Shown here piece after piece: positions 1-10,630 of a stretch of 63,363 bases of DNA; position 1 is the stretch's first letter, and every line of letters begins with the position of its first letter. Source of the DNA: Candidatus Onthoplasma sp. GTDB lineage: Bacteria > Bacillota > Clostridia > Christensenellales > UBA1242. A program made the translations under genes and the position numbers. Location of the stretch: contig JAZQYA010000015.1 of NCBI GenBank assembly GCA_045633245.1, forward strand, positions 1 to 63,363, in the 5' to 3' direction. The notes under the pieces are model-generated. The model was not told the origin of the DNA, did not search any database, and saw nothing but the letters and a program-made list of their open reading frames with translations.

Positions 1-88
1 ATAAGAACATAGAAACTTGGAGAAAAGAACAAGCGATTGAAATAACAAAGAAAAACCGTCCTGATTTATTAAAGTAAAAGGAGAAATT

Positions 89-922
89 ATGATAAATTGG
101 TTTCCAGGGCATATGAGCAAAACCCTAAGAGAAATGCAAAATAATTCAAAACTTTGCGATTGTTTTGTTTATGTTCTTGACGCAAGATGTCCAACGAGTT
201 GCATAAATCCAGAATTTGTTAAGGTTTGCCGTGATAAGCCTATAATTTTTGTTTTAAACAAGGCAGATTTGGTTGATAATGCTGACATTAAAAGATTTAA
301 AGAGCATTTTAACGCACTCGGTCATGAGTGTGTTTCTTTGAATGCTACAGTTAGCGGAAACGCAAAAATCATTGTTAATGCTATTAGAAAAGTGTTTGCA
401 GAACGCCTTCAAAAAAACAAAGAACGCCAAGTAACATTTGTTCTTCGAGCTATGGTTTTGGGCATTCCAAACTCTGGAAAATCCACTATCGTAAATAACC
501 TTTGCAACAAGGGTAGAGCAATTACAGGTAACAAAGCCGGTGTTACAAGAAGTAAGCAATGGATTAAAGTTGGAAACGATATTGAGTTTATGGATACACC
601 AGGTGTGTTGCTTCCAAATTTTGATGATGAAGATAAGGCATACAACCTTGCTTTTGTTGGTTCAGTTCGTGACGACGTTTTGAATCTTGTTGATGTTTGT
701 GAAAGATTGGTTGCAAAATTAAGAACAATGCCAAGCAAACCACTTCAAACTAAATATGGTGTTGTTTTTGATGAAAACACACTTAATAATGATATATTAA
801 AGCAAATTGGCAAGAAACGTGGTTGTCTTGTTAAAGGTGGCGAAATTGATTTAGAGCGTGCAACAAAAATCTTGTTAACGGACTTTAGAGCATGCAAATT
901 AGGCAAGATTGCGCTGGAATAG
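89..922 (+). CDS. rbgA: ribosome biogenesis GTPase A (YlqF/RbgA family)
   Basis: SD aaaggag upstream of ATG; circularly permuted GTPase motif order NKADL (G4), GIPNSGKST (P-loop), DTPG (G3); followed by rnhB as in Bacillus. Confidence 0.9.
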   Translation: MINWFPGHMSKTLREMQNNSKLCDCFVYVLDARCPTSCINPEFVKVCRDKPIIFVLNKADLVDNADIKRFKEHFNALGHECVSLNATVSGNAKIIVNAIRKVFAERLQKNKERQVTFVLRAMVLGIPNSGKSTIVNNLCNKGRAITGNKAGVTRSKQWIKVGNDIEFMDTPGVLLPNFDDEDKAYNLAFVGSVRDDVLNLVDVCERLVAKLRTMPSKPLQTKYGVVFDENTLNNDILKQIGKKRGCLVKGGEIDLERATKILLTDFRACKLGKIALE

Positions 923-938
923 AACGAAAGGAAAAAAT

Positions 939-1589
939 ATGATAGATACAACGAAAATTTTTGAACACGATAAAGAGCTTTTAAGTGAAAATGTTAAGTA
1001 TATTGCAGGAATTGATGAAGTGGGGCGTGGTCCTCTTGCTGGACCTGTTGTGACCGCTTGTGTTGTTATGCCTTATGATAAAATGCTCGATGGCGTGTTT
1101 GATAGCAAGAAGGTAACTAAGAAAAACCGTGAAAGACTTTATGACGAAATAATGAACTCTGCTTATTCAGTTTCAATTTCAGTACGTTCGCAAGATGTTA
1201 TTGATAAAATTAACATATTGAACGCCACAAAAGAGGCAATGAAAGAATGTTTCAATAACGCAAAAGTTAAACCTAATTTATTGCTTGTTGACGCGGTTAA
1301 ATTAAACTTATGTGAAAACGAAATTCCTATAATCAAGGGTGACGCATCAAGTTATGCAATTGCTTGCGCATCCATTATTGCAAAAGTTTATCGTGACAGA
1401 ATGATGGAAGATTATGCGAAAAAGTATCCAAATTATGACTTTGAAAATAATGTTGGTTATGGAACAAAAAAGCATATTGAAGCTGTCAAAAGTTATGGAA
1501 TAACACCAATTCATAGGTTGAGTTTTTTGGGTAAAATCATAGGAGAAGATGAGTGCAAAAGAATACATATGGAAAGAGAAGCGAAATAA
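939..1589 (+). CDS. rnhB: ribonuclease HII
   Basis: IAGIDEVGRGPLAGPVV RNase HII motif. ORF track starts at TTG 909; ATG 939 preferred because it has an upstream purine-rich SD (gaaagga). Confidence 0.9.
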   Translation: MIDTTKIFEHDKELLSENVKYIAGIDEVGRGPLAGPVVTACVVMPYDKMLDGVFDSKKVTKKNRERLYDEIMNSAYSVSISVRSQDVIDKINILNATKEAMKECFNNAKVKPNLLLVDAVKLNLCENEIPIIKGDASSYAIACASIIAKVYRDRMMEDYAKKYPNYDFENNVGYGTKKHIEAVKSYGITPIHRLSFLGKIIGEDECKRIHMEREAK

Positions 1590-1900
1590 TTGCAAGCGAC
1601 TATTTAAAGAAAAAAGGTTATAAAATTCTTGAAACTAACTATAAAAATAAAGTTGGCGAAATTGATGTTATTGCGTTAGATAAAGATTATATTGTTTTTG
1701 TTGAAGTCAAGGCAAGAATGAGTCAGGCTTTCGGTCATCCATTTGATGCAATTGACGAAATTAAACAGCAAAAAATTCATGCAGTTGCTTCACTATATAT
1801 GGTTAAAAACAAAAAATATGGCTCACTTTGCCGATTTGATGCAATCTCAATTTTAGGACTAGAAAACCCTGAAATAACACACATTATTGATGCATTTTAG
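1553..1900 (+). CDS. yraN: YraN family endonuclease (UPF0102)
   Basis: 115 aa with GEIDVIA...VFVEVKAR pattern typical of the YraN/UPF0102 family; GTG start 4 nt after aggagaag; overlaps the rnhB end. Confidence 0.8.
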   Translation: MQKNTYGKRSEIIASDYLKKKGYKILETNYKNKVGEIDVIALDKDYIVFVEVKARMSQAFGHPFDAIDEIKQQKIHAVASLYMVKNKKYGSLCRFDAISILGLENPEITHIIDAF

Positions 1901-1957
1901 TTTGAATTGCTCAAAATATATTGATTTTTTTAATCTTTTAGTATATAATAATATCAT

Positions 1958-2000
1958 AAGTGAACTGAAATGCTGGAACCTACCAGGTGTTCACTTTTTT
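1958..2000 (+). terminator. intrinsic terminator after yraN
   Basis: stem aagtgaac / gttcactt followed by a T-run. Confidence 0.7.
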
Positions 2001-2031
2001 AGTTTATTTTAAACAAATTTATTAAAAACCC

Positions 2032-2060
2032 TTGCAAATATGTTTTGGTTGTGTTATAAT
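2032..2060 (+). promoter_or_regulatory. sigma-A type promoter of rplS
   Basis: TTGCAA, 17-nt spacer, TGtTATAAT (extended -10). Confidence 0.6.
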
Positions 2061-2122
2061 CAACTTGTTATTGGCGGTCCGCTGTGGTCCAACGCAAGAA
2101 CGTCAAGTTTAGGAGGTAACAT
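2061..2122 (+). promoter_or_regulatory. possible ribosomal protein L19 leader
   Basis: about 60-nt structured, GC-richer 5' UTR (ggcggtccgctgtggtccaacgc) between promoter and SD. An L19 autoregulatory leader is known in Bacilli; not verified by covariance model. Confidence 0.3.
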
Positions 2123-2467
2123 ATGACAATTATCGACCAAATCGAAAAAGAGCAATTACGTAGTGACCTCGCTTCTTTTAATATTGGAGACACCGTACGT
2201 GTTATGGTTAAAGTCAAAGAAGGCGAAAAAGAACGTATTCAAGCATATGAAGGCGTTGTAATTGCAAAGAAAGGAAGTAGCATCCGTGAAACTTTCACTG
2301 TTAGACGTGTGTCTTTCGGAATTGGAGTTGAAAGAACATTCCCTCTTCACTCACCAAGAATTGATAAAATCATCGTTGTGAGAAAGGGTAAAGTTCGCAG
2401 AGCTAAAATCTATTACATTAGAGACCTTTCTGGTAAGGCCGCAAAAGTTAAAGAAGATAAGAGATAA
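2123..2467 (+). CDS. rplS: 50S ribosomal protein L19
   Basis: 114 aa; strong SD aggagg; ...[14 protein letters not shown]...[21 protein letters not shown] typical L19. Confidence 0.95.
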   Translation: MTIIDQIEKEQLRSDLASFNIGDTVRVMVKVKEGEKERIQAYEGVVIAKKGSSIRETFTVRRVSFGIGVERTFPLHSPRIDKIIVVRKGKVRRAKIYYIRDLSGKAAKVKEDKR

Positions 2468-2495
2468 TCTTAAAGCGGTAATATAGATTTGAAAC

Positions 2496-2528
2496 AAAAA
2501 GAGCATCAAAATAGATGTTCTTTTTTAT
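2496..2528 (+). terminator. intrinsic terminator after rplS
   Basis: aaaaagagcatc / gatgttcttttt hairpin plus T-run. Confidence 0.75.
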
Positions 2529-2611
2529 TTTATAGCGTCATCGAACAAATGTTTGATAAAACTATTGACAAATTTTGGTAAATTTTGTAATCTAGAACTA
2601 GAGAGGAAAAT

Positions 2612-4144
2612 ATGTTAGCAAAAATTTTGTCATTTGGTTTGAATGGAATTAGTGGTTATCCGGTTGATATTGAAATTGATGTTAATGCTGGAATTCCTGG
2701 TTTTGACGTGGTTGGGTTGGCTGACACGGCAATTAAGGAAAGCAAGGCTAGAGTTAAGTCCGCAATTAAGAATAGTGCTTTTAACTATCCAATTCATAAG
2801 ATTATTATTAATCTTGCACCTGCAGATACAAAAAAGGAAGGAAGTATGTATGATCTTCCAATTGCGCTTGGAATTTTAGTTGCACAAGATTTAATTTCAA
2901 ATAAAAATATTAAAGACATTGTTGTTTTAGGTGAATTAAGTTTAAATGGTGAAATTAGAAAAATTAATGGAATTTTGCCAATGCTAATTTCTGCAAAACA
3001 AATGGGATACACAAAGTTTATTATTCCAAGCGCAAACGCCATGGAATCTGCTTTTATTGATGGCATTGAAGTTTATCCAATGGAAAACTTAAAGCAAGTA
3101 GTTAATCATCTAAAAGGCGATATCTTGGTTGCCAAGAACGATGGTAAAACTTTTGAAAGCGCATTGAAAGAACACGATCATAAACATGATTTTATGTACG
3201 TTAAAGGTCAAGCAAGTGCAAAAAGAGCAATGGAAATTGCGGCAGCGGGCGGTCATAACATTTTGTTAATCGGTCCACCTGGAGCAGGAAAAACAATGCT
3301 TGCAAAATGTTTTCCTTCAATTTTGCCAGACTTGACTTTTGAAGAAAGTTTGGAGGTAACTAAAATTCATAGTGTTGCAGGTGTTTTAGATCCCCAAAAG
3401 GGTATAGTTATTGAAAGGCCGTTCCGCTCTCCACATCATACGGCGACCTTAATTGCATTAACAGGTGGAGGAGCAAAGGCGAAACCTGGAGAGATAAGTC
3501 TTGCGCACAATGGAGTGTTGTTCTTAGATGAAATGCCAGAATATGCAAGAAACACAATTGAAACACTTCGTCAACCAATGGAAGACGGATATATTACAGT
3601 TGCAAGAAACGCTCAAACTGTTCAATATCCAGCAAACTTTATTATGGTTTCAAGCATGAACCCATGTCCTTGCGGTTATTATGGAAGTAGCTCCCAACCA
3701 TGCAAATGTTCTCCAAACGCAATTCACAAATATCTTTCAAAAATAAGTGGTCCACTTTTGGATAGAATTGATTTGCATATTGAAGTCGATGCTATCAATT
3801 ATGAAGAACTAACTCAAAGAGAGTTAGAAGAGCCAAGTAGTGAAATTAAAAAGCGAGTTAATAAGGCAAGAGATATTCAACTATCTAGATTTAAAAAACA
3901 AAAAATTTATTGTAATGCAAAAATGGGCGAGAAAGAATTTAAACAGTATTGTGAACTTGATAAGGAATGCACAAATCTTTTGGAAATTGCATTCAAGAAA
4001 CTCAATTTGAGCGCTAGAGCGTATAATAGAATTTTAAAAGTTGCTCGAACAATTGCAGACTTAGAAGGAAGTGAAAACATTCAGAAAGCACACATTTTAG
4101 AAGCAATTCAATACAGATCTCTAGATAAGAAATATACGGTGTAA
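2612..4144 (+). CDS. comM: YifB/ComM family Mg-chelatase-like AAA+ ATPase
   Basis: 510 aa; N-terminal Lon-like domain, Walker A GPPGAGKT, Walker B LFLDEMPE, Cys-rich insert CPCGYYGSSSQPCKC; precedes dprA. Confidence 0.9.
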   Translation: MLAKILSFGLNGISGYPVDIEIDVNAGIPGFDVVGLADTAIKESKARVKSAIKNSAFNYPIHKIIINLAPADTKKEGSMYDLPIALGILVAQDLISNKNIKDIVVLGELSLNGEIRKINGILPMLISAKQMGYTKFIIPSANAMESAFIDGIEVYPMENLKQVVNHLKGDILVAKNDGKTFESALKEHDHKHDFMYVKGQASAKRAMEIAAAGGHNILLIGPPGAGKTMLAKCFPSILPDLTFEESLEVTKIHSVAGVLDPQKGIVIERPFRSPHHTATLIALTGGGAKAKPGEISLAHNGVLFLDEMPEYARNTIETLRQPMEDGYITVARNAQTVQYPANFIMVSSMNPCPCGYYGSSSQPCKCSPNAIHKYLSKISGPLLDRIDLHIEVDAINYEELTQRELEEPSSEIKKRVNKARDIQLSRFKKQKIYCNAKMGEKEFKQYCELDKECTNLLEIAFKKLNLSARAYNRILKVARTIADLEGSENIQKAHILEAIQYRSLDKKYTV

Positions 4145-4146
4145 AT

Positions 4147-5223
4147 ATGGTAAATGATGACAAAAATATATTATGGTTAGATTTATTTGATTTTCTTGCA
4201 TACGGGAAGAAAATAAAACTATTACAAACAATTAATAAGGGTGAGTGTTTAAGAAAAAATTTTTTAAATATTTCACAGATAAAAGAAATTTTAACAAATC
4301 AAGAGTATAACAAGATGGCTTTGTGTTTAAGTGATGAATATTTAAACAGACATTTAAAAAGTTATCAAGATAACAACATTGAATTAATAACATTCAACAA
4401 TCCAAACTATCCTTACAGATTAAAAGAAATAAGCACGCCACCATTGTGTTTATATTGTAAAGGTGATATTGGTTTACTTAATTCATTATGTTTTGCAATT
4501 GTTGGAACAAGAAAACCAACCGATTATGGAATTGTTGTAACAAAACAGTACACAAAAGAATTGGCAAATAACAATGTTTCTATTGTTTCAGGTTTGGCAA
4601 CAGGTATTGACGCCGTTGCTCATAAAACTGCACTTGATAACAATGGAAAAACTATTGCGGTTTTAGCGGGAGGATTAAACAATATATATCCTTTAACGAA
4701 CATAAAACTTGCTAAGACAATCGAAGAAAAAGGTTTGATCATTAGTGAATATCCACCTAACACCAAACCGCTTTCATATTATTTCCCTGTGAGAAATCGT
4801 ATTATTGCAGGACTTAGTAGGGGAGTGTTGGTTACGGAAATGGGTGAAAAAAGCGGGAGCATGCACACGATCAATTATGCAATAGAATTTAATAGAGATA
4901 TTTTTGTGGTTCCAGGGAAAATAAATTCACCAATGAGTAAAGGTTCAAATGAACTAATTAAAAATCTGCAAGGGTGTATAACAACCTCTCCTGATGATAT
5001 ATTGGATACATATCAATTAAAGAACAATGAAAAACCAGAGACGCAACAAATAGATATTAATGCACAAATGGTATTAGCGTTCGTTGAAAGTGAAAAACAC
5101 ACATATCAAGAAATTCTAGATCACACACATCTTCCTGCAAACGAACTCAACACATTGCTTATGACAATGGAGCTGGAGGGACTGCTGGTTAAACTTGCCA
5201 ATAACAGTTATATTATGGCATAA
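4147..5223 (+). CDS. dprA: DNA-processing protein DprA (Smf)
   Basis: 358 aa; IVGTRKPTDYG ... GLATGIDAVAH ... FPVRNRIIAGLS Rossmann-fold DprA signature; upstream of topA as in Bacillus. Confidence 0.9.
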   Translation: MVNDDKNILWLDLFDFLAYGKKIKLLQTINKGECLRKNFLNISQIKEILTNQEYNKMALCLSDEYLNRHLKSYQDNNIELITFNNPNYPYRLKEISTPPLCLYCKGDIGLLNSLCFAIVGTRKPTDYGIVVTKQYTKELANNNVSIVSGLATGIDAVAHKTALDNNGKTIAVLAGGLNNIYPLTNIKLAKTIEEKGLIISEYPPNTKPLSYYFPVRNRIIAGLSRGVLVTEMGEKSGSMHTINYAIEFNRDIFVVPGKINSPMSKGSNELIKNLQGCITTSPDDILDTYQLKNNEKPETQQIDINAQMVLAFVESEKHTYQEILDHTHLPANELNTLLMTMELEGLLVKLANNSYIMA

Positions 5224-5237
5224 AATTAAAGTTTTCC

Positions 5238-5276
5238 TATGGCGTAAAGAATTAAAGCTTTCGCCATATTTTTTTA
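5238..5276 (+). terminator. intrinsic terminator after dprA
   Basis: tatggcg(t)aaag / ctttcgccata hairpin plus T7 run. Confidence 0.8.
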
Positions 5277-5377
5277 AATTTAAAGTTGTGTTTTGCAAAA
5301 ATTTAATTAATTTCTTAAAAAAGTGTTGTTTGTTTTCAATAAATCTTGTATAATAAAAACTAAGTGTAAGGAGAAGT

Positions 5378-7456
5378 ATGAAGTTAGTATTTATAGAAGG
5401 ACCTGGTAAAAGAGACACAATAGCAAAATATTTAGGAAGTGAATATCTTGTTTTTCCAACAAAAGGACATGTTAGAGATCTTCCGGCTAAAAGTTTTGCT
5501 ATAGATTTAAATAATAACTATGAACCAACATATGAAATCATTCCAGAGAAAAAAGCTCTGGTGGCGGATATGAAAAGAAAAGCAGCAAATGCAGAAGCAA
5601 TCTATCTTGCAACCGACCCGGACCGTGAGGGAGAAGCAATTGCTTGGCATTTGGCAACAATTTTAGAACTTGATAAAAATGCAATGGTTAGAACTGCATT
5701 TAATGAAATAAGCAAGAAAGCGGTTAATGAAAGTATTAATAACCCAAAACCACTTAATTATGATTTGATTAATGCACAACAAGGTCGTCGTGTTTTAGAC
5801 AGAATTGTGGGCTATCAATTGAGTCCATTATTATCAAAGAAGATAACGGGAAAACTTAGTGCTGGACGTGTTCAATCTGTAACGCTCAAACTTATTGTTG
5901 ATAGAGAAGAAGCAATTCAAAATTTTGTGCCAGTTGAATATTGGAATATTCATGCTGAACTAAACAAAAATAACAATAAATTTAAAGCGGAATTAATTCA
6001 GTTTAAAGATAAAAAATTAGAAGTTAAAAATAAAGATGAAGTTACTCAAATTTTATCTCAAATTGAAAATGCAGAATTTAAGGTGGGATCAGTTAAACGT
6101 CAAGTTGCATATTCAAAACCGCCAGCACCTTATATCACTAGCTCACTTCAACAAGATGCAGTTAGCAAATTGAAAATGACATTAAATTCATACACTAAAT
6201 GCGCACAATCACTCTATGAAGGTGTTATGATAGCAGGCGAAGGAAAGACTGCGCTTGTAACTTATATTCGTACCGACTCAACACGTGTTAGTCTTGATGC
6301 TCAATTCATGGCAAAAGAATACATATTAGAAAACTTTGGAAAGGAATATCATCCTGGCAAATTTAACGAATTTTCGTCAAAAGAAAGCGCACAGGACGCA
6401 CACGAAGCAATCAGGCCAATCAACTTAAAATACACTCCTGAATATTTGAAAGGTAAAATTGAAGAACAATATTTAAAACTATACACCTTGATTTATAAAC
6501 GCTTTATTGCCAGCCAAATGTCATATGCACAATATGATAGTTTAACCGTTGATGTGTTGGCTTGTGATTACAAATTCCGTGCAAGTGGCAAAGCATTAAT
6601 TTTTGATGGTTACACAAAGGTTTATAAGGTTGAAGATGATGATAAAAAGGGCATAAATATTCCAGACTGTGTTGAAGGTGAAACTATTAAAAAAGAGAAA
6701 ATTTTAACAGAACAAAAGTTTACTAAACCACCAGTTAGATTCACAGAAGCAAGTTTAATTAAAGAAATGGAAGTTCAAGGCATTGGAAGACCAGCAACTT
6801 ATGCGGCAACTGTTATGACCTTATTTAATCGTGATTATATCAAAACAGAAAAGAAAACACTTGTTCCAACTGATTTGGGAACACAAGTAACAAAATATTT
6901 AGAAGAATATTTTCAAAACATTATGAATATTAAATTCACAGCAGAAATGGAAGAACAACTTGACAATGTTGAACTTGGAAAGCATAAATGGCAAGATATT
7001 GTTGATGTGTTCTATAAAGATTTTCACAACCAGATGTTATATGCAAGTACGCAAATGGGGGTGAGCATGCCAAAACCTGCACCAACACCAAGCGATGTTA
7101 AGTGTGATAAGTGTGGTGCCATGATGGTTTATCGTGATGGAAAATTTGGTCGTTTCCTTGCTTGTTCAAATTTCCCACAATGCAAAAACACTAAAAATAT
7201 AAATCAACCAATCAATCAAATTGAAGAAAAGGGTGTTTGTCCAAAATGTAATAATGTTGTTAGTGCGAAATATTCAAAGCGAGGTAAACTTTTCTTTGGT
7301 TGTGACAATTTCCCAAAATGTGATTACATATCCTGGGATTTGCCATTAACTGAAAAATGCCCAATGTGCGGCAATAATTTATTTAAAAAATTCCCGGCTA
7401 AAGGTGGAATTCAAATAGTTTGTAATAATAAGGGTTGTACGTATGCAAAAGATTAA
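5378..7456 (+). CDS. topA: DNA topoisomerase I
   Basis: 692 aa; TOPRIM N-terminus (VFIEGPGK, ATDPDREGEAIAWH), catalytic-Tyr region (GKTALVTYIRTDS), C-terminal Cys4 zinc ribbons (CDKCG..., CPKCN..., CPMCG...). Confidence 0.95.
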   Translation: MKLVFIEGPGKRDTIAKYLGSEYLVFPTKGHVRDLPAKSFAIDLNNNYEPTYEIIPEKKALVADMKRKAANAEAIYLATDPDREGEAIAWHLATILELDKNAMVRTAFNEISKKAVNESINNPKPLNYDLINAQQGRRVLDRIVGYQLSPLLSKKITGKLSAGRVQSVTLKLIVDREEAIQNFVPVEYWNIHAELNKNNNKFKAELIQFKDKKLEVKNKDEVTQILSQIENAEFKVGSVKRQVAYSKPPAPYITSSLQQDAVSKLKMTLNSYTKCAQSLYEGVMIAGEGKTALVTYIRTDSTRVSLDAQFMAKEYILENFGKEYHPGKFNEFSSKESAQDAHEAIRPINLKYTPEYLKGKIEEQYLKLYTLIYKRFIASQMSYAQYDSLTVDVLACDYKFRASGKALIFDGYTKVYKVEDDDKKGINIPDCVEGETIKKEKILTEQKFTKPPVRFTEASLIKEMEVQGIGRPATYAATVMTLFNRDYIKTEKKTLVPTDLGTQVTKYLEEYFQNIMNIKFTAEMEEQLDNVELGKHKWQDIVDVFYKDFHNQMLYASTQMGVSMPKPAPTPSDVKCDKCGAMMVYRDGKFGRFLACSNFPQCKNTKNINQPINQIEEKGVCPKCNNVVSAKYSKRGKLFFGCDNFPKCDYISWDLPLTEKCPMCGNNLFKKFPAKGGIQIVCNNKGCTYAKD

Positions 7457-8759
7457 TATCATTGGAGCGGGACTAGCGGGAAGTGAATGCGCTCTATATC
7501 TTGCAAACAAAGGTTATCAGGTTAATTTGTTTGACATAAAGGGAGAAAAGATGTCTCCTGCGCATCACAGCAAAAATTTTGCTGAAATCGTTTGTTCAAA
7601 CTCATTTAAAAGTGACGATGAAAACACGGCATCTGGTGTGTTTAAAAGAGAATTAACACTATTAGGGAGTGAACTTATTAAAACTGCTTATGAGGTTCAG
7701 GTCCCCGCAGGTCATGCTTTAGCAGTTGATCGTGATGAGTTTTCAAAAATTATAACAGAAAAAATCAAATCCAATAAAAACATAACAGTTTTTTGTGAAG
7801 ATGTTAAATCATTTGAAGAAGATGCAATAACAATTATTGCAACAGGCCCATTATCAACAGAAAATATGTGTAATGCAATTAAAGAAAAGATAGGCGAAGA
7901 TTTCTTGTATTTTTATGATGCTGCAGCTCCGATTATAGACGCGGACAGCATAAACACAGACATTGCTTTCTTTGGAGCTCGTTATAATAAAGGAGAAGCT
8001 GATTATCTCAATTGTCCAATGAACAAAGAGCAATATTTGGCGTTTTATGATGAATTAATTAACGCAAAAAGAGTTGAGTTACATGAATTTGAAAAGAAAA
8101 ATATTTTTGAAAGTTGCATGCCAATTGAAATTATGGCAAGCCGCGGTGTTGATGCAATTCGATTCGGTCCACTTAAACCTGTTGGGATTTTTAATCCTAA
8201 AACAAATGAAAAATATTATGCAGTTGTTCAACTAAGAAAGGAAAACAATCTTGGAACAATGTATAATATGGTTGGATTTCAAACAAACTTAATGTTTCCA
8301 GAGCAAAAAAGGGTGTTTAGAATGATACCAGGTCTTGAAAATGCGGAATTTTTACGCTTTGGAGTTATGCATACGAACAACTACATTAATTTTCCAAAAT
8401 GTTTAGACCAATATTCAAGGTTAAAATTTGATAAGAATATTTTTATTGCTGGTCAACTTAGCGGAGTTGAAGGCTATGTTGAAAGCATCGCAAGCGGACT
8501 ATATTGTGCAATAAATGTTTCTAGAATGTTAGAAGGAAAGGAATTAATTTCTTTCACTTCAAACACAATAATTGGAGGATTGTATAATTACCTAGTAAAT
8601 GCTAATGTTGAAAATTTTCAACCAATTAATGCAAATTTCGGAATTTTGAATCCGATTAATGTTAAAGATAAAACTCAACGCAATATTCAATATCGTTTGC
8701 GTTCAATGGAAGAAATTGCTAAAATAAGTTTAGAGTTGAAAAATAGCTCAATTATATAA
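7443..8759 (+). CDS. trmFO: methylenetetrahydrofolate--tRNA-(uracil-5-)-methyltransferase TrmFO
   Basis: 438 aa; FAD fold IIGAGLAGSE; conserved position after topA. Confidence 0.9.
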   Translation: MQKINIIGAGLAGSECALYLANKGYQVNLFDIKGEKMSPAHHSKNFAEIVCSNSFKSDDENTASGVFKRELTLLGSELIKTAYEVQVPAGHALAVDRDEFSKIITEKIKSNKNITVFCEDVKSFEEDAITIIATGPLSTENMCNAIKEKIGEDFLYFYDAAAPIIDADSINTDIAFFGARYNKGEADYLNCPMNKEQYLAFYDELINAKRVELHEFEKKNIFESCMPIEIMASRGVDAIRFGPLKPVGIFNPKTNEKYYAVVQLRKENNLGTMYNMVGFQTNLMFPEQKRVFRMIPGLENAEFLRFGVMHTNNYINFPKCLDQYSRLKFDKNIFIAGQLSGVEGYVESIASGLYCAINVSRMLEGKELISFTSNTIIGGLYNYLVNANVENFQPINANFGILNPINVKDKTQRNIQYRLRSMEEIAKISLELKNSSII

Positions 8760-8787
8760 CTAGAAGTTTATACTTAAAAGGAGAAAT

Positions 8788-9321
8788 ATGGAACAATTTA
8801 GAGGAACAACGATTGTGGCAGTCAAAAAAGATGGTAAAACAGTTATTGCTGGTGATGGACAAGTCACAATGGGACAACAAGTTATATTAAAAGGAACAGC
8901 ACACAAGGTTAGACGTCTTTTCGAAGGCAAGGTTGTTGTTGGTTTTGCAGGAGGAACTGCAGATGCTTTTGCAATGTGTGAAGAATTTGAAAAAATGCTA
9001 AATAAATACAGCGGAAGTTTAATGCGCAGCGCTGTTGAATATGCAAAAAACATTAGAAATGGCCACAGAGGAAATGGAGAGGCCCTTATGATTGTTGCAG
9101 ATAAAAACACACTACTCATTTTAACAAGCATGGGAGATGTTATCGAACCAGACGATGGAATTTGTGCTATTGGAAGCGGTGGAAATTATGCCTTGTCAGC
9201 AGCTAAAGCGCTATTGAAAAACACTGATCTTGATGCTCGCTCAATTGCACTAAAAGCAATGGAAATAGCAAGTGATATTTGTGTTTTCACAAATTCAAAC
9301 TATGTTGTGGAGGAAGTTTAG
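8788..9321 (+). CDS. hslV: ATP-dependent protease subunit HslV
   Basis: 177 aa; N-terminal GTTIVAV active-site Thr context; followed by hslU. Confidence 0.9.
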   Translation: MEQFRGTTIVAVKKDGKTVIAGDGQVTMGQQVILKGTAHKVRRLFEGKVVVGFAGGTADAFAMCEEFEKMLNKYSGSLMRSAVEYAKNIRNGHRGNGEALMIVADKNTLLILTSMGDVIEPDDGICAIGSGGNYALSAAKALLKNTDLDARSIALKAMEIASDICVFTNSNYVVEEV

Positions 9322-9322
9322 T

Positions 9323-10630
9323 ATGATGACCTGTAAAGAGATAGTTAAATGTTTAGACAATCACATTGTTGGTCAAGAAAAAGCAAAAAGGGCAGTGGCA
9401 ATTGCGCTTAGAAATAGATATAGAAGAAGCAAGTTAAGTAAAGATCTAAAAGACGAAATAACACCTAAAAACATTATTTTAAAGGGACCAACCGGTGTTG
9501 GTAAAACTGAACTTGCAAGGCGTTTGGCAAAACTTGTTAATGCACCATTTGTTAAAGTTGAAGCAACAAAATACACAGAAGTTGGCTATGTTGGTAGAGA
9601 TGTTGAAAGCATGGTTAGAGATCTTGTTGAAGCGAGTGTTAGAATTGTTAAGGCTGAATATATCGCAAGAATTAAAGATAAGGCGATCACCATAGTAAAT
9701 AAGAAAATAACTGATGCGTTATATCCAATCAAAAAGGCAACAAAGCCAGAAGAAATGGACACTGAAGTTTTCAGAGCACAATTTTATGAAGACTATAATG
9801 CAGGAAAATTTGACAACGACACCATTGATATTGATGTTAAAGAACAACCAAAATCAATTAATTTAATGGATGGAGTGGGTGCTGAAATTAATCTTGGTCA
9901 GATAATGGGCGGAGTGATCAAAGCCCCAAGAAAAATGAAAAAGATGACTGTTGCAAGAGCAAAAGAAATTCTTCTTGAAGAAGAAAGCGACAGAATGATA
10001 GATCCAGATGCGGTTAACAAAGAAGCGATTTTCAGAGCAGAGCAAGAAGGAATTATATTCATTGATGAAATAGATAAAATTGCAGCAAAGAAAAATCACG
10101 GACAAGATGTTTCTCGTGAAGGTGTTCAAAGAGATATTTTGCCAATTGTGGAAGGTAGCGTTGTAAATACTAAATATGGTGTAATTCACACGGATTATAT
10201 TCTGTTTATAGCAGCCGGGGCTTTCCATATTTCAAGCGTTAGTGATCTTATTCCAGAACTTCAAGGGCGTTTCCCAATTCAAGTTGAGTTAAACTCATTA
10301 AATAAGGACGATTTTAAGAAAATTTTAACAATACCACAAAATGCAATCACCACTCAATACCAAAAACTTCTTGAAGTTGACAATATTGATCTTGAATTCA
10401 CTGAAGATGCAATTGAAACAATCGCTGAAATTGCTGCGGATCAAAATGAAACAAAAGAAAATATTGGTGCCAGAAGGTTGCAAACAATAATGGAATTATT
10501 GCTTGAAGATATTTCTTTCAACGCAAGTGACGAAAATCCATTGGTTAAAGTTGTTGTTGATCGTCCATTTGTTCAAAACACGATGAAAGAAATTATTCAA
10601 ACTCACGATTTTAAAAAGTATGTCTTATAA
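9323..10630 (+). CDS. hslU: ATP-dependent protease ATPase subunit HslU
   Basis: Walker A GPTGVGKTE, Walker B IIFIDEIDK. ATG 9323 preceded by ggagga; the ORF-track start 9272 lies inside hslV. Confidence 0.9.
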   Translation: MMTCKEIVKCLDNHIVGQEKAKRAVAIALRNRYRRSKLSKDLKDEITPKNIILKGPTGVGKTELARRLAKLVNAPFVKVEATKYTEVGYVGRDVESMVRDLVEASVRIVKAEYIARIKDKAITIVNKKITDALYPIKKATKPEEMDTEVFRAQFYEDYNAGKFDNDTIDIDVKEQPKSINLMDGVGAEINLGQIMGGVIKAPRKMKKMTVARAKEILLEEESDRMIDPDAVNKEAIFRAEQEGIIFIDEIDKIAAKKNHGQDVSREGVQRDILPIVEGSVVNTKYGVIHTDYILFIAAGAFHISSVSDLIPELQGRFPIQVELNSLNKDDFKKILTIPQNAITTQYQKLLEVDNIDLEFTEDAIETIAEIAADQNETKENIGARRLQTIMELLLEDISFNASDENPLVKVVVDRPFVQNTMKEIIQTHDFKKYVL